A stretch of DNA of 63,313 bases, the filler included, from Phoronis australis (taxonomy: Eukaryota > Animalia > Phoronida), in the NCBI GenBank assembly GCA_002633005.1. It is 3 parts of 3 records of this genome, joined end to end, with 100 filler letters (N's around TTAATTAATTAA, not from the genome) between each part and the next. Parts side by side here need not be neighbours in the genome. Positions count along the whole stretch, not along the records: positions 33,141 to 63,313 come from NMRA01001065.1; 2 more parts are not named here. One strand, 5' to 3'. Within the stretch, counting starts at the first letter, position 1, and each line of letters starts with the position of its first letter. This document shows, piece after piece, positions 48,889 to 61,926 of the stretch. Below the pieces are notes generated by a model. It made no database searches. It worked only from the letters and a program-made list of their open reading frames with translations, and had not been told where the DNA came from. The position numbers were made by a program, and so were the translations under genes.

Positions 48889-49338
48889 TTACTTCAGAAA
48901 GGCAAATAGCTTGCTGACAAAGATATCAAGAGAAGGGACTGATGTAATGTAGCCCGGCAAGCTATTCCAGTCAGTGACTGTTCTAGGAAAGAATGTCTTT
49001 TTCCCATTCATTGGAATACTATAACTGGATGAGATTCTGGTACAGATGCCAGAGACAGCAAGATCTGCGATAGGGGCAACATTAGAGATGGTGATCACTG
49101 ACTTCTTATCATATTTGTAAACCATTTTCAGCCGACAGATTTTGTGTCTGTGGCTAAGGCCGGGGTGGGCCGTTTCTAACATTGAACCAATAATAGAGGA
49201 TAGACAATTTAACCGCTTCGTAACCCAACGAGCAGCTGTCCTCTGTACTTTCACTACAACTGCAATTTCTTTATGGATATAAGGGCCCCAAACAGTAGAG
49301 GCGTATTCCAAGACCAAGGTGATTCGAACCATTGCCAT
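48889..49338 (-). mobile_element. CR1/L2-group LINE ORF2 3' fragment
   Basis: LEYASTVWGP...KVQRTAARWV...FFPRTVTDWNSLP is the characteristic post-RT C-terminus of this LINE group. Confidence 0.85.
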
Positions 49339-49415
49339 TAATTGGCATTGAAACTCCTTACAGTCACAAATAGAAATATATCACACAAGCCAGGGAATAC
49401 TGAAATACAACAAAC

Positions 49416-49540
49416 CTCACTAAATTGACGCAATACGAAAGACTGTCTGAACTACTTCTGGAGACATTACGACACGCATTTCTCAAGACTGGACTACACA
49501 TTCGTGACAGCCAAAAATTTCTGTTCATGGAGGCCGCCAT
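49416..49540 (-). CDS. NDUFAF6: NDUFAF6 exon 1 (mitochondrial complex I assembly factor 6, squalene/phytoene synthase fold); spliced CDS 933 nt, 310 aa
   Basis: ATG GCG GCC start; Arg/Ser-rich presequence MAASMNRNFWLSR...; YCVNLVR; donor AG|gtttgt. All nine exon phases are compatible. Confidence 0.9.
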
Positions 49541-49648
49541 GACAGTTAACGAAAAATAAACCTCCAACACAAAAGAGCAGCTGAGTAGCCCGTAAGCCAA
49601 TATCACTGCCGACTATCTCGAAGAACTTGCTGCTGTGGTTACTCTGTG
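49541..49648. promoter_or_regulatory. Putative compact bidirectional promoter between NDUFAF6 and GUSB
   Basis: 108 bp between divergent ATGs; contains a CCAAT box (~49597) and a TCTCGAAGA motif; no obvious TATA. Confidence 0.65.
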
Positions 49649-49873
49649 ATGATAACTAAAATTTTGTTTTTGCGTGTAGCATCTACGTTGTTAGTAATTT
49701 TAGCAACGGCTGTAACACATGGGCAATGTCTCAGCGCCGGAATGCTTTACCCAAGAGAGTCGGAGAGCAGAGAAGCCAAGGATTTGAGTGGCATGTGGTA
49801 CTTTATGGCCGACTCCTCCCCCACGCGAGATCAAGGTTTCAAGGAGAACTGGTTCTCCAAACCTCTGAGAACG
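49649..49873 (+). CDS. GUSB: Beta-glucuronidase (GH2) exon 1 with signal peptide
   Basis: Hydrophobic leader, then GMLYPRESESREAKDLSGMWYF...GFKENWFSKPL; donor |gtgacc; 225 nt. Confidence 0.93.
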
Positions 49874-50475
49874 GTGACCACTGTTTTTTTAGGTGTTGAA
49901 GGATACCACATTGTACTTTTATACTGTTATAAGAGCGGATTGTATGATTGGGCAGTTGGTCCCATCCAGTGGACGACCCAGCCACTAGCCAGGGGCTTCC
50001 TGGGGTCTTCAATGATCTGTTAGGCCAGGGGCTTGTCACTTGCCTTCACTTCAGTTTGGTTCTTGCGCATGCCTCTCATTGCCAGGCAGTAGTGAAGTAG
50101 CCTATATAATATGCATGGGGCAGACAAAATTGATGAAGTAACACCTCTCACCCTAGTAAGATTGTTGAGCAGGTGTTCTGTGCAAAGGATTCATGTCAAT
50201 GACCCTTACTGCAGCTGAGGGTATGGACAACACTGACATTATTTATGTTATATAATAATATTATTATCTTTGTCGTAGAATTAGAACCTAGCTGGGATTA
50301 TTGTCGAAAGTTCCATTTAGTTTCCTGCTATACTTAACATTTTGCCGTAATTAATAGGACGACATAGATCATTTTTGTAAAGCCAATTAAATTCAAAATC
50401 ACCTTCAATTGAAAGTTGATGTATTCAGCAGGTTTCAAACTGGTGTACGGTGAAATCTTACCGAGTTTGGAGCGG

Positions 50476-50735
50476 AATTGTCAAAATTAAGTTGTTTTCA
50501 ATTTCCATTAAATGTTTCCAGCAGCGTGTACATGCCCACTGCTTCTCAAAATATTGTTTAGCAGGTGTAGAACTTTATGTGATGAGATATTTATATTTAA
50601 AAGTGGTCGATGATACATATCTTGAGTGAAAAAATGCATAATTGTCAAAATAAGCTGTTTTCACTTTGAAAGTGCTTCCAACAGCATGCATGCCCACAGC
50701 TTCTCAAAATATTGTCTGATGGGTGTAAAACTTTA
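50476..50735 (+). repeat. Tandem duplication (~164 bp period)
   Basis: AATTGTCAAAAT...CATGCCCAC.GCTTCTCAAAATATTGT occurs twice. Confidence 0.75.
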
Positions 50736-52072
50736 AAATGATTAGAGAATTAATTCACGGTGATGCATGTGATTATTAAAAAAGTGAAAAAAGAAAAATT
50801 AAATGTCACTTATCCGCCATAGTGTGTCCTAAATTGGTGAATTTAGCAAAATTGAATTTTCTAGAATTTTTGATTTTTGCTTAAGTGGTTCATTAGATGG
50901 CAGCTGTAGATTCTTGAAATTTGGTGGTTCTGACTTAGGTGTTTTTAGCTTAAACGGAGTCTGAAGTTCTAGACATGTGGTATCCTCAGTCAACCTTACC
51001 AGGAGCGTATAAGGCTACATCTTTTTGTGTGGGTATACCCATGCGCCGAGGACTGAACATTTGAATGCTCAACCGTTATGAGAGACAAACTTTTTCACAA
51101 TGTCAACATCATGTAGGTTATCCCAACAGTTGCTTGCTTTTTATGCTATTTATGTAAAATAAAGAAGTAGTAAAGTTACTCACATTTTTTCATGAGTTAG
51201 ATCACAGAGTATATGAAGGTGTTATTTTGTGGTAAACATTCTAAAATTTGGGAAATAAGGATTGCTATGTTACAAGTTTTTAAACTTTTTAAAGGCTTAC
51301 TGTATGCTACTGGTGCTCAAACTTACTGCAAACCTTACGACCAAATTTAGAGCACAATATTCTGGACAAGGGAAATTTTATTTTTCTATTTTTGTTAAAA
51401 GATAAGTAGCACCAAATAATGCTTTATCATTTATAAAAGACACTTTATTTTCACTAGTTTAGAACACAGGAAAAGTTTCATGGATGGATAAACACCCTCT
51501 ATGGGAAAATTTATAACTTACAGACCTTCATGACTGTGTTTTACTGTCAACTCAAAAAGGGGAAGTTTCAAGTTGCTATTTTATTGGTGTACCACCAGAA
51601 ATTCAAAAAGTACATTGAGTACTCTGTATTTCATTCTGGTTATTTTGAAAACATTTTATCACGTGTCGAAAGAAAATCATTTGGTAAAAAGTTTCACAGA
51701 TTTATTTGCTGTCAAAAAGTTCCTTTTGTGAAGTTTTTAACTGTAAAGAAGTGGCAAGAATGTATCTTTAAGTCGTTCATATAACACACCTTGCGTTAAA
51801 AGCCTTTGAATAGGGAAAAAAAAGATGAATTTTGCCTATTTCTTTTGTCTGATATCGATTTGATTTTACCGTAGTGTAGCGTGATATCAGCTATACTGTA
51901 CAGGCCACGCTGAAAGCAAAGTGAAATTTTCTGAGAGAAGTTATTTTTGGGCTGAGAAATTAGAGGCAAGATCAAATTCCACTTGTCCATTATATTGTAT
52001 CTTACAATGAAGAATTTTTATTGTAAAAATATAAATTGAAGATCTCCAAAAATGACTGTTTTATCAAAATGT

Positions 52073-52226
52073 CTGGGGTGGGTTGCACAAAACTTCAAAA
52101 TAATCTGCTGGACAAGTTGATTGTTGCATGACGTCAGGTGCATTGTTCAACAATAACAACGTGGCGCGTGATAATGCGACGTCATTGTTGCTATACAGCT
52201 TATAACTTTTATGCAACTGGGCCCAG
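52073..52226. mobile_element. Short Harbinger-like MITE
   Basis: CTGGGGTGGGTTGCACAAAA pairs imperfectly with TTTTATGCAACTGGGCCCAG. Confidence 0.5.
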
Positions 52227-52534
52227 ATCTCTTTTTACTATCCGTCTCTACACGCAAGAGTTCTCAGAATATTTTTGTGATATTGTAAATCAGTAATCTA
52301 GGGCCATTGATGCCTCACTTTGAGGCCGAATATTGACCCATTCATCCCCATTCACCTCTGAAAAATATTAAAAATCACATGAAATTCCCCTCATCATGCC
52401 CAAAAGTACTCTTCAAGGTTAGAATCGTTTCTGCTAAATGTTGCTGTTAGGTTTTGTGAATGAATGTGTGGCAACCTATAAGCAGTTCTGCAATTGTAAA
52501 ATTAGTCATAGATAACTGTCATAAACGATAACAG

Positions 52535-52648
52535 ATATAGATTTGTTGTTATATAGGTTTGTTGTCATATAACTTCATTATAGATCTGTTGTGATATAGA
52601 TCTGTTATATATAGATCTGTTGTTATATAGATCTGTTTTATATAGATT
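52535..52648 (+). repeat. ~16-bp minisatellite (ATATAGATCTGTTGTT)
   Basis: Several degenerate units immediately upstream of the GUSB exon 2 acceptor. Confidence 0.75.
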
Positions 52649-52665
52649 CATTGTTTTGTTTACAG

Positions 52666-52842
52666 TTTGGCAATGTGATCTCAATGCCGGTCCCTTCCAG
52701 TTACAATGATGTTACTCAGGACAAGTCTCTGAGAGACTTTGTTGGTTGGGTTTGGTATGAGAGGGACTTCTTCATCTCTTCTGATTGGGCTAAAAAGCGA
52801 GTTGTCTTCCGGGTTGACAGTGCTCATTACAACTCTGTGGTG
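52666..52842 (+). CDS. GUSB: Beta-glucuronidase exon 2
   Basis: ttacag|FGNVISMPVPSSYNDVTQD...FVGWVWYER...RVDSAHYNSVV|gtaagg; 177 nt. Confidence 0.95.
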
Positions 52843-54041
52843 GTAAGGTTCTTGTTAAAGACCGGCCTGATATGAAATAAATTTTCACATACTTCCTGTA
52901 CAACTAGGATAAGTTATGCATTGGACATAGCTTTTGCTGATCGCTTTTAGTATCAATTTTTTCGGCTTTAAAGTAAACTTCTCACAATGTTATTTTCACA
53001 GAGTATTGTAATTTATTATTCCTGAAGTAAAATAATATAACGATTAGTTTCTCCTGCTGTCTGACCATACACATAGTGAAACAAAATATATCTTTGACAA
53101 AAAGTGAACACAAGATATAACTGGAACTATCTTTATGATATAGTCAAAGAGTAAAAGTTTCCTCAAATTAGAACAAAAATTATGGTCAAAATTTTTGTTT
53201 TCTTTTTTATTCAAAAGCTCACTTCGTTTCACTGTATGTTTGTTGGTTGATGACAAGGATGCAACATAAACTAACTACAGTGTACAAATAACTGAGTAAC
53301 GTTTTCTTCCTTTTTATTTTTGTTGAAAAAATTCAATACCACCCAAATCCCAAGCGAGCCTTTTGTAATGGATAGGGTAGTGCTTATTTTGTTTTTTTTA
53401 TTACTCCCTGACTGTGTAAACACCTATTGTGTTGTAATTACTAAAGCCATCAAAATATTGTTACAACCCAGTCACTGCATTGTTACGACCAATTCTTGGA
53501 CAGTGCCATTCTGTACTAAGTAAAGAACGACACGGAGATGCCCTGTTTTTTTTGCCTTATTTGTCAGTGTTTCTACCTTGTGGGTGTATTGTGGCCATGT
53601 GATAAATAAAAATTTCAGTTTTGCCATATTGTTTTCTTAATTCAAGGAATTTTACTGAAATGTAAAATTTGTATATACAGGTAGCAGTTCTTCTCGTAGA
53701 CAGATTTCATTAAACAGCTTACTGTTTTGTTTACGGAAACGCCGTTGAGTTCTTTTCTTTCAAGCTCTGTAGAACAGCGGATGTTCAGGGCACAGTGTCG
53801 TCGAATCAACAATTGCTACCATCAATGACAGTAAAACAACACGTAATTCTAAACTATTATTCAAATTCCAGCACAATTCATTATCAAGGTTGAAGGTAAA
53901 ATGTTAAAAGCAGGGGGAAAGTCATTAAATTATAAATAATTAATGTTTATGTTATTCACTATGCATGGATGGTTTTATTGTTTCAATGTTATTTTGTTTT
54001 CCAAAATGGCTAAAATGTTTAATGTTTTTATTTGTTCTTTA

Positions 54042-54150
54042 GAGGAGTAGTGTTGCCTGGTTGATAAGTGCCCGCTTTCTTTACTCGAGGTCGTGGGTTC
54101 GAGTCCCACCAGGTCACACTGCTAAACCCTTGAGCCAGGTTTCTAGCTCC
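54042..54150 (+). mobile_element. tRNA-derived SINE head
   Basis: Degenerate A box, B box GGTTCGAGTCC, then a CCCTTGAGC.AG core-like motif; no closed cloverleaf acceptor stem. Confidence 0.65.
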
Positions 54151-54380
54151 TCAGCTCAGTTTTAATCATTTATTAAATAAAGCATAAAAATATTTCCAGG
54201 TGATCAGTGCAATGGGCCCAGATGCGAGGCCTGTGCACGTCTGCTACGTGTATCAGACCGCCTGCAATTATATTTTTATTTATTATTCGCTCTTTACGAT
54301 TCATCAGTTTTTAAGCACTTAGAATAGGTATCAGTTACATTACAGTGTGCTTTCGTTAATCTGCGGAGTTCTCCCTCTAG

Positions 54381-54556
54381 TGGATAAACAGTAAAAAGGT
54401 TATGGAACATTCAGGAGGCCATCTACCATTTGAAGCTGAAGTGAATCAGTTTGTCAACTTTACGGGAGTCAACAGAGTGACGATAGCTGTAAATAACACG
54501 TTAACACCTACCACCCTGCCACCTGGCACTATTGAATACCCTACAGATAGAAACAG
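54381..54556 (+). CDS. GUSB: Beta-glucuronidase exon 3
   Basis: ctctag|WINSKKVMEHSGGHLPFEAEV...RVTIAVNNTLTPTTLPPG...AG|gtgagt; 176 nt. Confidence 0.95.
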
Positions 54557-55238
54557 GTGAGTTGGCAAGGCTCAGGAGCAGCTTGAGCTATGGTGAATCA
54601 TCACCAGTTTTGGACAAACATGATTGCCCCTTTTCATGTTTCAAAAGCTACCAGCATTGTTGTGAATGTTCACAATTTTTCAAAATAAACAGCAGATATG
54701 GTATAGAGCTCGTAAATGGTAAGAGATCTGTTAGCTGTTACTTGGTGTGAACTGAAGTTGCAATCATTCTCCATAGTGTGTCCTAAATTGGTGGGATTTC
54801 ACTGTGTACACTCACAATTTCAACTCGTGAATCATTATAAGTTTTTTTCAGAGATTAAGGTTACCCTTTCAAAAGATATTTTTTTGTTTTTATGCATTGA
54901 AAATAATATCTCATTGTGTTTTATTAAGTGTTTAATATATTCTCAAGGAGACAGAAAGTTGGATAAACTTGAGGAGTATCCATGGATGCAATATTTTCTG
55001 ACATGATTCCAAAAGTCAGCCCGACATTTCTAGAACTACGCCAATGCAACGTTGCCTTTTCCTCACTCTTGGACAAAGGAGATCCTTGTACTGTCTTATT
55101 GCATATGATATTCCTTAAAAATGAATTATTTTGCCTATAAGACCGTGGCCTTATTTTTCAGGTTTTACACTAATGCGCATCCATATAGCTGGTTTTAAAT
55201 TGCTTCCTAAGATAATTAACGATCTTCCTGATCCCCAG

Positions 55239-55381
55239 GTACCCTCCAGGTTATTTTGTTCAAAACCTTCAGATGGATTTCTTCAACTACGCTGGCATTC
55301 AGCGCCCTGTCCGAGTATATGCTACTCCAGCTAGCTACATCAATGACATCACCTTAAAAACTCAGATATCGGGTGTTGATG
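55239..55381 (+). CDS. GUSB: Beta-glucuronidase exon 4
   Basis: ccccag|G YPPGYFVQNLQMDFFNYAGIQRPV...YINDIT...G|gtaagg; 143 nt. Confidence 0.95.
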
Positions 55382-55868
55382 GTAAGGTTAAACTCATTTT
55401 GTTGCCCCATTCGATTTCTCAAGTGGTAACTGTCTGAATGGTTCGGCACAGCGGTTGTGATCTGGGTAGAGCACGAACTCCAAAATGTGTGTTAACTTTT
55501 CTGTCAATGTTAAAACACACTTTCCATATGCCCACATATGGATATGTAAGTGCTTATTGCTTTAATCTCTGTCTGGGAATCTGGCGTCCATACGTCTGAC
55601 ATCTGATTGTAGGATCTTCAGTATTGGCATGAAGTGATGGCAAATGACGAATTTCGCACTAATTCGATTACCGCTGTTTATTTTCACGTTCACCTCAGTC
55701 TGTAACCATTTGAGCTCATAGATGGAAATTTATATTCGGGTGACAATGATACCTTCCCATTTTCGGACGCGATCGACATAGTGTGTGTCAAAGAAACACC
55801 CTTAGTTTTTGTGGCGCAGTCGTGGGTGCATTTCAACGCTGTGGTGGTCTTATTGTCGTATTTTGTAG

Positions 55869-56104
55869 GTATCGTATATTACAACATCACCTGTCACCAC
55901 ACTGGTAAATCACCCTCTCTCCTACTGTCCATCATTGACAAGCAAGGCATGGTAGTCAGTCATGCAGTGGTCAAGGCTATCTCCTCTCCATCTGGAACTG
56001 TTGGTTACTGGTCATTTACAGGGACCATGAATGTGTCCACTGCCCACCTTTGGTGGCCCTACACAATGAATGAGACTGATACTGCTTACTTGTACACATT
56101 TCAG
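55869..56104 (+). CDS. GUSB: Beta-glucuronidase exon 5
   Basis: tttgtag|(G)IVYYNIT...AHLWWPYTMNETDTAYLYTFQ|gtagga; 236 nt. Confidence 0.92.
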
Positions 56105-56200
56105 GTAGGAAGTTTCTCCAAACATCTAAAGAATTCAAGCCCCTTCAACTGTAATTCTGGATGACCCTCTCTCATTGCATTTTGTTTTTTGTTGTTTCAG

Positions 56201-56251
56201 ATGTGTGTGTGTGTGTGTGTGTATGTGTGTGTGTGTGTGGGTGTGTGTGTG
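56201..56251. repeat. (GT)n microsatellite ending at an N
   Basis: Seen directly. Confidence 0.9.
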
Positions 56252-56417
56252 NACTAGTCTGTTTTTTTGGTATGGATACGTAAGCTTTCCATTGCGTTGA
56301 ACATAATGCTTTCTTGTGCTTTCTGAGCTCCACTTATAGTGTTATGTTTTTTATAATAAACATTAAAAATGCTGTGATGATTGTTTTTAATGTTGCTTTA
56401 CAAGTTATTGTTTTAAG

Positions 56418-56567
56418 GTTGTTATGGAAGCTGAATCAACCGGTGATGTCTACCGTCAACCATTTGGTATTAGGGAAGTGAAAGTCACCAATGAAGGAAA
56501 GTCACAGTTTCTCATCAACAACAGACCTTTCTACTGTCATGGTGTGGCCAAGCATGAGGATTCAGAT
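56418..56567 (+). CDS. GUSB: Beta-glucuronidase exon 6; catalytic-barrel exons not found in the window
   Basis: ttttaag|VVMEAESTGDVYRQPFGIREV...FLINNRPFYCHGVAKHEDSD|gtaagc; 150 nt. Confidence 0.93.
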
Positions 56568-56580
56568 GTAAGCAAAGTGT

Positions 56581-56860
56581 CCAGCAGACTTTCATGGAAA
56601 GTGACTTAAGTTAAGAAATTTTATCATGCGTTCCACACAACTGTTTCTAAAAATGATTAAATCTCACTTCAGTAAAAGTACAAAGTATCTGAGAATATAC
56701 CCATAACTGTTTGTTACTGAGTTAATTTGCATAAATTATTTCTTGGCTTTGATGTGCTAATACTTACAAGACTAAATATTTATTCTGTGATTATTAAGTG
56801 GGAGTGTAATACAGATTTCTGACCGAAATTTTAAGTCACTTTTCATGAATCAGGTCCCTG
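56581..56860. mobile_element. MITE immediately downstream of the GUSB exon 6 donor
   Basis: TTCATGGAAAGTGACTTAA pairs with TTAAGTCACTTTTCATGAA; the same motif occurs at ~43267-43285. Confidence 0.55.
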
Positions 56861-59800
56861 GTTGTGTTTCTTTGTCCTAAAATACTCATGAGAAAAATTA
56901 GTGTGAGCGCGTGCTTTGCTTGAATACATGGCGATGTCTCACAAAGAATTTCGGAGTCTTGCATTTTCGCGACATTTTTGTGTTTACAGAACGCAGTCTA
57001 GATTTTACTTTATGTTACCAGAGATTATCGGAAAAGCCCTCTGTGAAGGAGCTTTCATGGGCTGTCTGTTTAATAAAACAAATTAAGTTTTTTTTCAAAG
57101 TGTGCCATCTTTTCTGAAGAACTGTCGAGCAAGCGATTTTTAACGCACAAAACTGAATTAGATGTTGGGAAACCATCCTTTGTAGTTCAAGAGACATTGC
57201 AGGCACCTGTATAGCATTAATCAAGTTAAGCAGTTTGATCCTATAAACTCTGAAATGTTTGTGTTTAATTGATTTGCTTTTTCCTTTGATTCTATTAAAT
57301 TTCATGCTTTCAAATAACACAATATGATATACGGAGGCTAATTTACAAGAAATATTTTAACTCATTCTGAAACATACAAATATTGGCCTGTAGACAATGT
57401 TTGAGTAATTGTGATTGTAGGAATTTTATAACACAATGGAGATTTAGCTATTTCATGAAACATTCAGTAAAATGGTTGTAGTTAAATTTGGTAAGTATCC
57501 TGTGGGTGATTTGTTTTGGAAAATAATCCATGCTGTATAGTGCACTCTTTTTGAAAATCTCCAGTTTTGTTGTGTTGTTTTGATCATCCTTTAGAAATTT
57601 AAGCATTGAAAGTAGTGCTGTGATCAAGTGAGTGGATCAAATCATTGCAATTATAGGCTTTTTAATGACTATTTTGCCTCATCAGAGTTTTATCAATTCC
57701 TAATCAAAAATGCCAAAATGTCATCGCAAGTCTAGAATGAAATCCAAATTTTGTAAAAAATACGTCTGTGCTCTGATGGCATTCATTTGAGTCACCTGCA
57801 AAAGTTGTAATTTATTTTTCATTTTCTAAATTTTCTGTTCCTCCTTGATGAATTGAGATGTGCTATTTGGCTCAGGAATTAACACTGAATGATAAGTATT
57901 CATACTTTTTTGTCAAAATGTTCCTATTTGTTACAAGATGCCTGCACAAACAGCAAGCGATGGCTCGTAAATTATTTTGAGTGGACAAGCTGTAAGAAAG
58001 CTGTATGATTTTAAAACATTTTTTTCAAGTAATTTTAACAAAAAACCCGCCAAAGTGCCAAATTTTATGTTATCTGCAAGTCTGGTGAGTCAGCAGTTTC
58101 CACGCAGGAGAAATCTGGCATGGCCATCCTCAATATATAGGAAAGAGCCCATTGACTTGCCACATCTATGGCTAGGTATGTGTCGATAGATCTTTTCTAG
58201 ACCAAACTTTTCTCTGTTAACGACTACTGTAACAGTAACTAATAACTTGTTTGTGATGTTCTGGATGTCTCATCCCTTATTCTCTTGGATTCGTAGTCAG
58301 AAACCAGAAATCAACAGCAACCAAGATGTTCATTCAGATGGATTTGATGCATTGTGCACCATCTGGTTGCCATTTTCATTTTTTGCGTCAAACTCTCTAT
58401 CTGCCAAACTGTTTAAATTGTTATGAAAATTGGCAGACGTGATTTGCATTGCTTTTGTTGAATTTAGTTTCCGTTTATGTCGGAGGAAGGTTCTCTCTCA
58501 CAGGCGACCCATCTCGGAGGGGAGCCTTGGGCAATTGACCTATTGCCATTAATTTTGATTGATGGCTTAACTGACCAATCAAAACGCAGCATTCTTGACA
58601 TACCATCCTGTCCAAGTCGCCATTTTACCTGACGAACAACATGTTGTTGTGTAAAAGTTCTTGATGAATGTTTGTTTGTCGACTTTTCGCAAGGGGGTGG
58701 AGCTTGCAATAGGTCAACCACCCCCTTTTCTCCTGTAATTGTGGCGCTGCCTATACAATTACTGTATAATACATGAAAAGCAATCTATTTCAGCTCTCCT
58801 GTTTTTAAAAATAATAGAATCTGGCTGACAGCAAAGAATAAATAATCAAACGAGTGCCTAGCAAACTTGGTTCATTTGAGTTTTGTTAGTATTTGATACC
58901 TGATGCCATACTTATATTTATCTAGCAATCAAAACAACATTATATGCATGGTATTATCTTCTTTATTTATCGGTGACATTTTTTTTCTTTTGGCAGAATG
59001 ATGAATAGGACTTTTTGTCCATTGTTGTTTTTTCCGAACAAAACGTTCCTTGGATAAATTTCCCACTCTAGAAGAATATGCATGGCAGACAGGGGGCAAT
59101 TTAACATTCTGTGAGTAATTCTTTTCAACTAGCACTTTTAACCACTTTTTAATTCTATATCAGTTAGAGCAAAAGTACTTAAAACTGCATGTGGCCTGAA
59201 TAGCACCAGTCATGCTGGAAAGAGTAATTAGAATACAAGTTTCTGTTAAAAAAGAAAATGCAATTTTACCTTTTAAATTTGAGAGTAGTCAACTTTGTGA
59301 TCAATTAATAAATGTAAAACCAGCCAACCATAACCAAAGTTGCTACTTTAAAATTCAATAACAAAGTGCACAAGTGACTTGTTGCTTTGTTGAATTACTT
59401 AATTACAAAAATAACTCCAGGAAATTTGCTTTACTTTCATTTTAGCATGGTAATATTACAGCTGCTTGATTTGGTAAACTTTTTAGCATTTGTAGCTATG
59501 AAATAAACCTCTGAGAAAAGAAAACTCCTGTCCCAAATTGAGGAAGTTTTAGCGTACTTTAGTTCGACAGTCTTCATTCAATATGGCGTTGACCTGTTGA
59601 AAGAAACTATCGAATTATGATTGTAGAGTAGTTGACGGGAGTGTTGCAGATTTAAAGCAGTGTGATGTTATTATTCTTTCTCTTCTTAATTTGTTGCTTT
59701 CATCAAGCCATCGTGTTACCAATGCAGTGCCTTGGAATGCTTATTTGACTGTAAGTGTATCTTCTAACGCTGTTTATTCATCATTGACTCCCAGGTGGGC

Positions 59801-61926
59801 TGGACAAGTGTCTTCATGCCTGCTTTACAGCAATAAATAAACTCAGGTTATATGCATGGAACATAACACATGGCACTAATGACACACCAGTTCAGTCGGT
59901 GTAAGTCGACCATTTTTAAATTGAAATCTTTCAACAAAGTTATATTCAGCAAAGTATTTTATCCTGCTAAATAAGTCGCCTCTGAAATGGCTGAAAAACC
60001 TGGGTACGAACGTGGGGTAAAAAACACATGAAAGTGTTCATAAAAGATAATTATAGTTAGAACCTCTCGTTTTGTTAGTCATTCATTCAATATTGCTTTT
60101 CACTTAATTTCAAAAAATTCACAATTTGTGGAAATTTGAAAATTATACTGTCCTGAAAAATGCATGGTAAATGAAAACTCAATTTGAGTTGAAATCGTGC
60201 TTGAAGCATGACTTGGTGCTCAGATTGAATTCATTTCACTTGTTAATTCCGAAATGGGCACAAATTAATGTGGATTTTTCAGATTTCAGTGTCTTGCTGT
60301 GTTGTTGCAAAAAGATTGGTAACTTAACTGCAGTCTATGTGCCTGACACTCAGACTTATGAAATAATTCCCTCTAAAAGTTCTAATGCTCTGTTGAAATC
60401 CATGCTCGTGTATAAAAAAATTTGATAAGAATTTCAAATACAATATTACAGTACTCATCCATGTTACAGCTTGGGGTGGTGACATTGGGAACTTAAAAAC
60501 ATGTGGTGTGTGTAAAACAGTGGGGGTGGGTGCTTACCCGCACGTTGGATGAATTCCAAGGGAGCTACATTGACATCGTACTTCATGTGAAGGAGTCTGT
60601 AAAAAAATTGGCGGATTTTAGACAATAAGTAAAGATCGATTTCTCATCTTGAATTGATTGTTATGGCACATGAGTTCGATAATTCTTCTTGTTTAGCAAT
60701 TAAATATTCACATCATTTTGCACACCACAAAATTGTTTGGAAAAGTACTATTTTGTCCCTGTCTTATCTCGCTCAAGGCTACTTGGTGGGAATATTTTTG
60801 CGTCATCTGACTTACACACTCTTAGTTTTGCATCTCGGAAAATGCCAGTGCTGTTAGGCAAGTGTGTCTGGGCATTTAAAGCCGAATGAGTATGTCGTTG
60901 GTTTAGTGTGTTACTAAAAGTGTGCAAAATTGTCATAACTGATAACCAATGTACCGATGACTTATAGAAAATATTTCATTTTGATACAGAATTCAGTTTT
61001 TCTTGCTAAGACTGGCATCTGTACAGCAGTTGTCTACCAACTTCCTCATGCTCCGAGGTGCATGTTAGTGGAAGCCCAAGATACCGAGGAAATTTAAGTA
61101 GAGCACGAACTTAAAAAAAACTGCATTTTTCTAAAATGTAATGACATTTGATTTGCTTAACATAACTTTTCAAAGTCCCATGCAGTGCCATCAGTTTGGT
61201 TCATGTTTTGGAGTGGAACCGTTTGTCTGTTTTGGTTCTTTTATGTGGCAAGTTAACATTTTATTAGTTCATAATAACATATTGGATCAAGTCAACTTCG
61301 TTGATTGATTCATCAGAAAGTACAAACTTGATTTAATCCAGTTTGAAGTTTTTGATTTCAGCTTTACCTGATAATTATGATTGTAATAAGCAATGGGTAT
61401 AGGGCTTTAACGTGACCCCTATTACAAGTAATGTAGAACTTGCAGGCTAATTCCTTATCTCTGTGATTGCTTGGTCAAATCACTTAGAAACAACGTATAG
61501 CGACGATGTGAATATGAAGTAGGTTGAAAATTTCCAAATGTTTTTAAGAACAAGTTTTGTGTCGAAAATGATCACCTTAAATCATTCAACCGTGTCCAGT
61601 AAATATCGTGATGTGGTGTTGGGGAATAACACTGCATGATGCGGATTAATTTAAGCCCCCAAGGTAGGTCATTAGTGCAAAGGTCACCTATTTGCAGATT
61701 TTTTTTTGTTTTCACATTTACAAGTTATCAATGAATACAACTGCAGTTTGTTTAGAATAGATGATGTTCAAATAGTATTTTAGCATAGGAGCATGCAAAT
61801 ACATGTGCTACATTCCCTAATATCATTTCGCAAGTGGACGAGAAAGCATCAATTTGTAAATTGATAAGGACAGGTTAATCTATAGGTCTGACTTGTGCTC
61901 GCTGAGGGGTTGGGCGTGCCGGTGGT

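Noticed and set aside
22861-56567. Functional detoxification cluster of MCT, SDR and GUSB
   Set aside because: MCT is separated from the others by artificial joins, and SDR-NDUFAF6-GUSB adjacency alone does not show a shared pathway.
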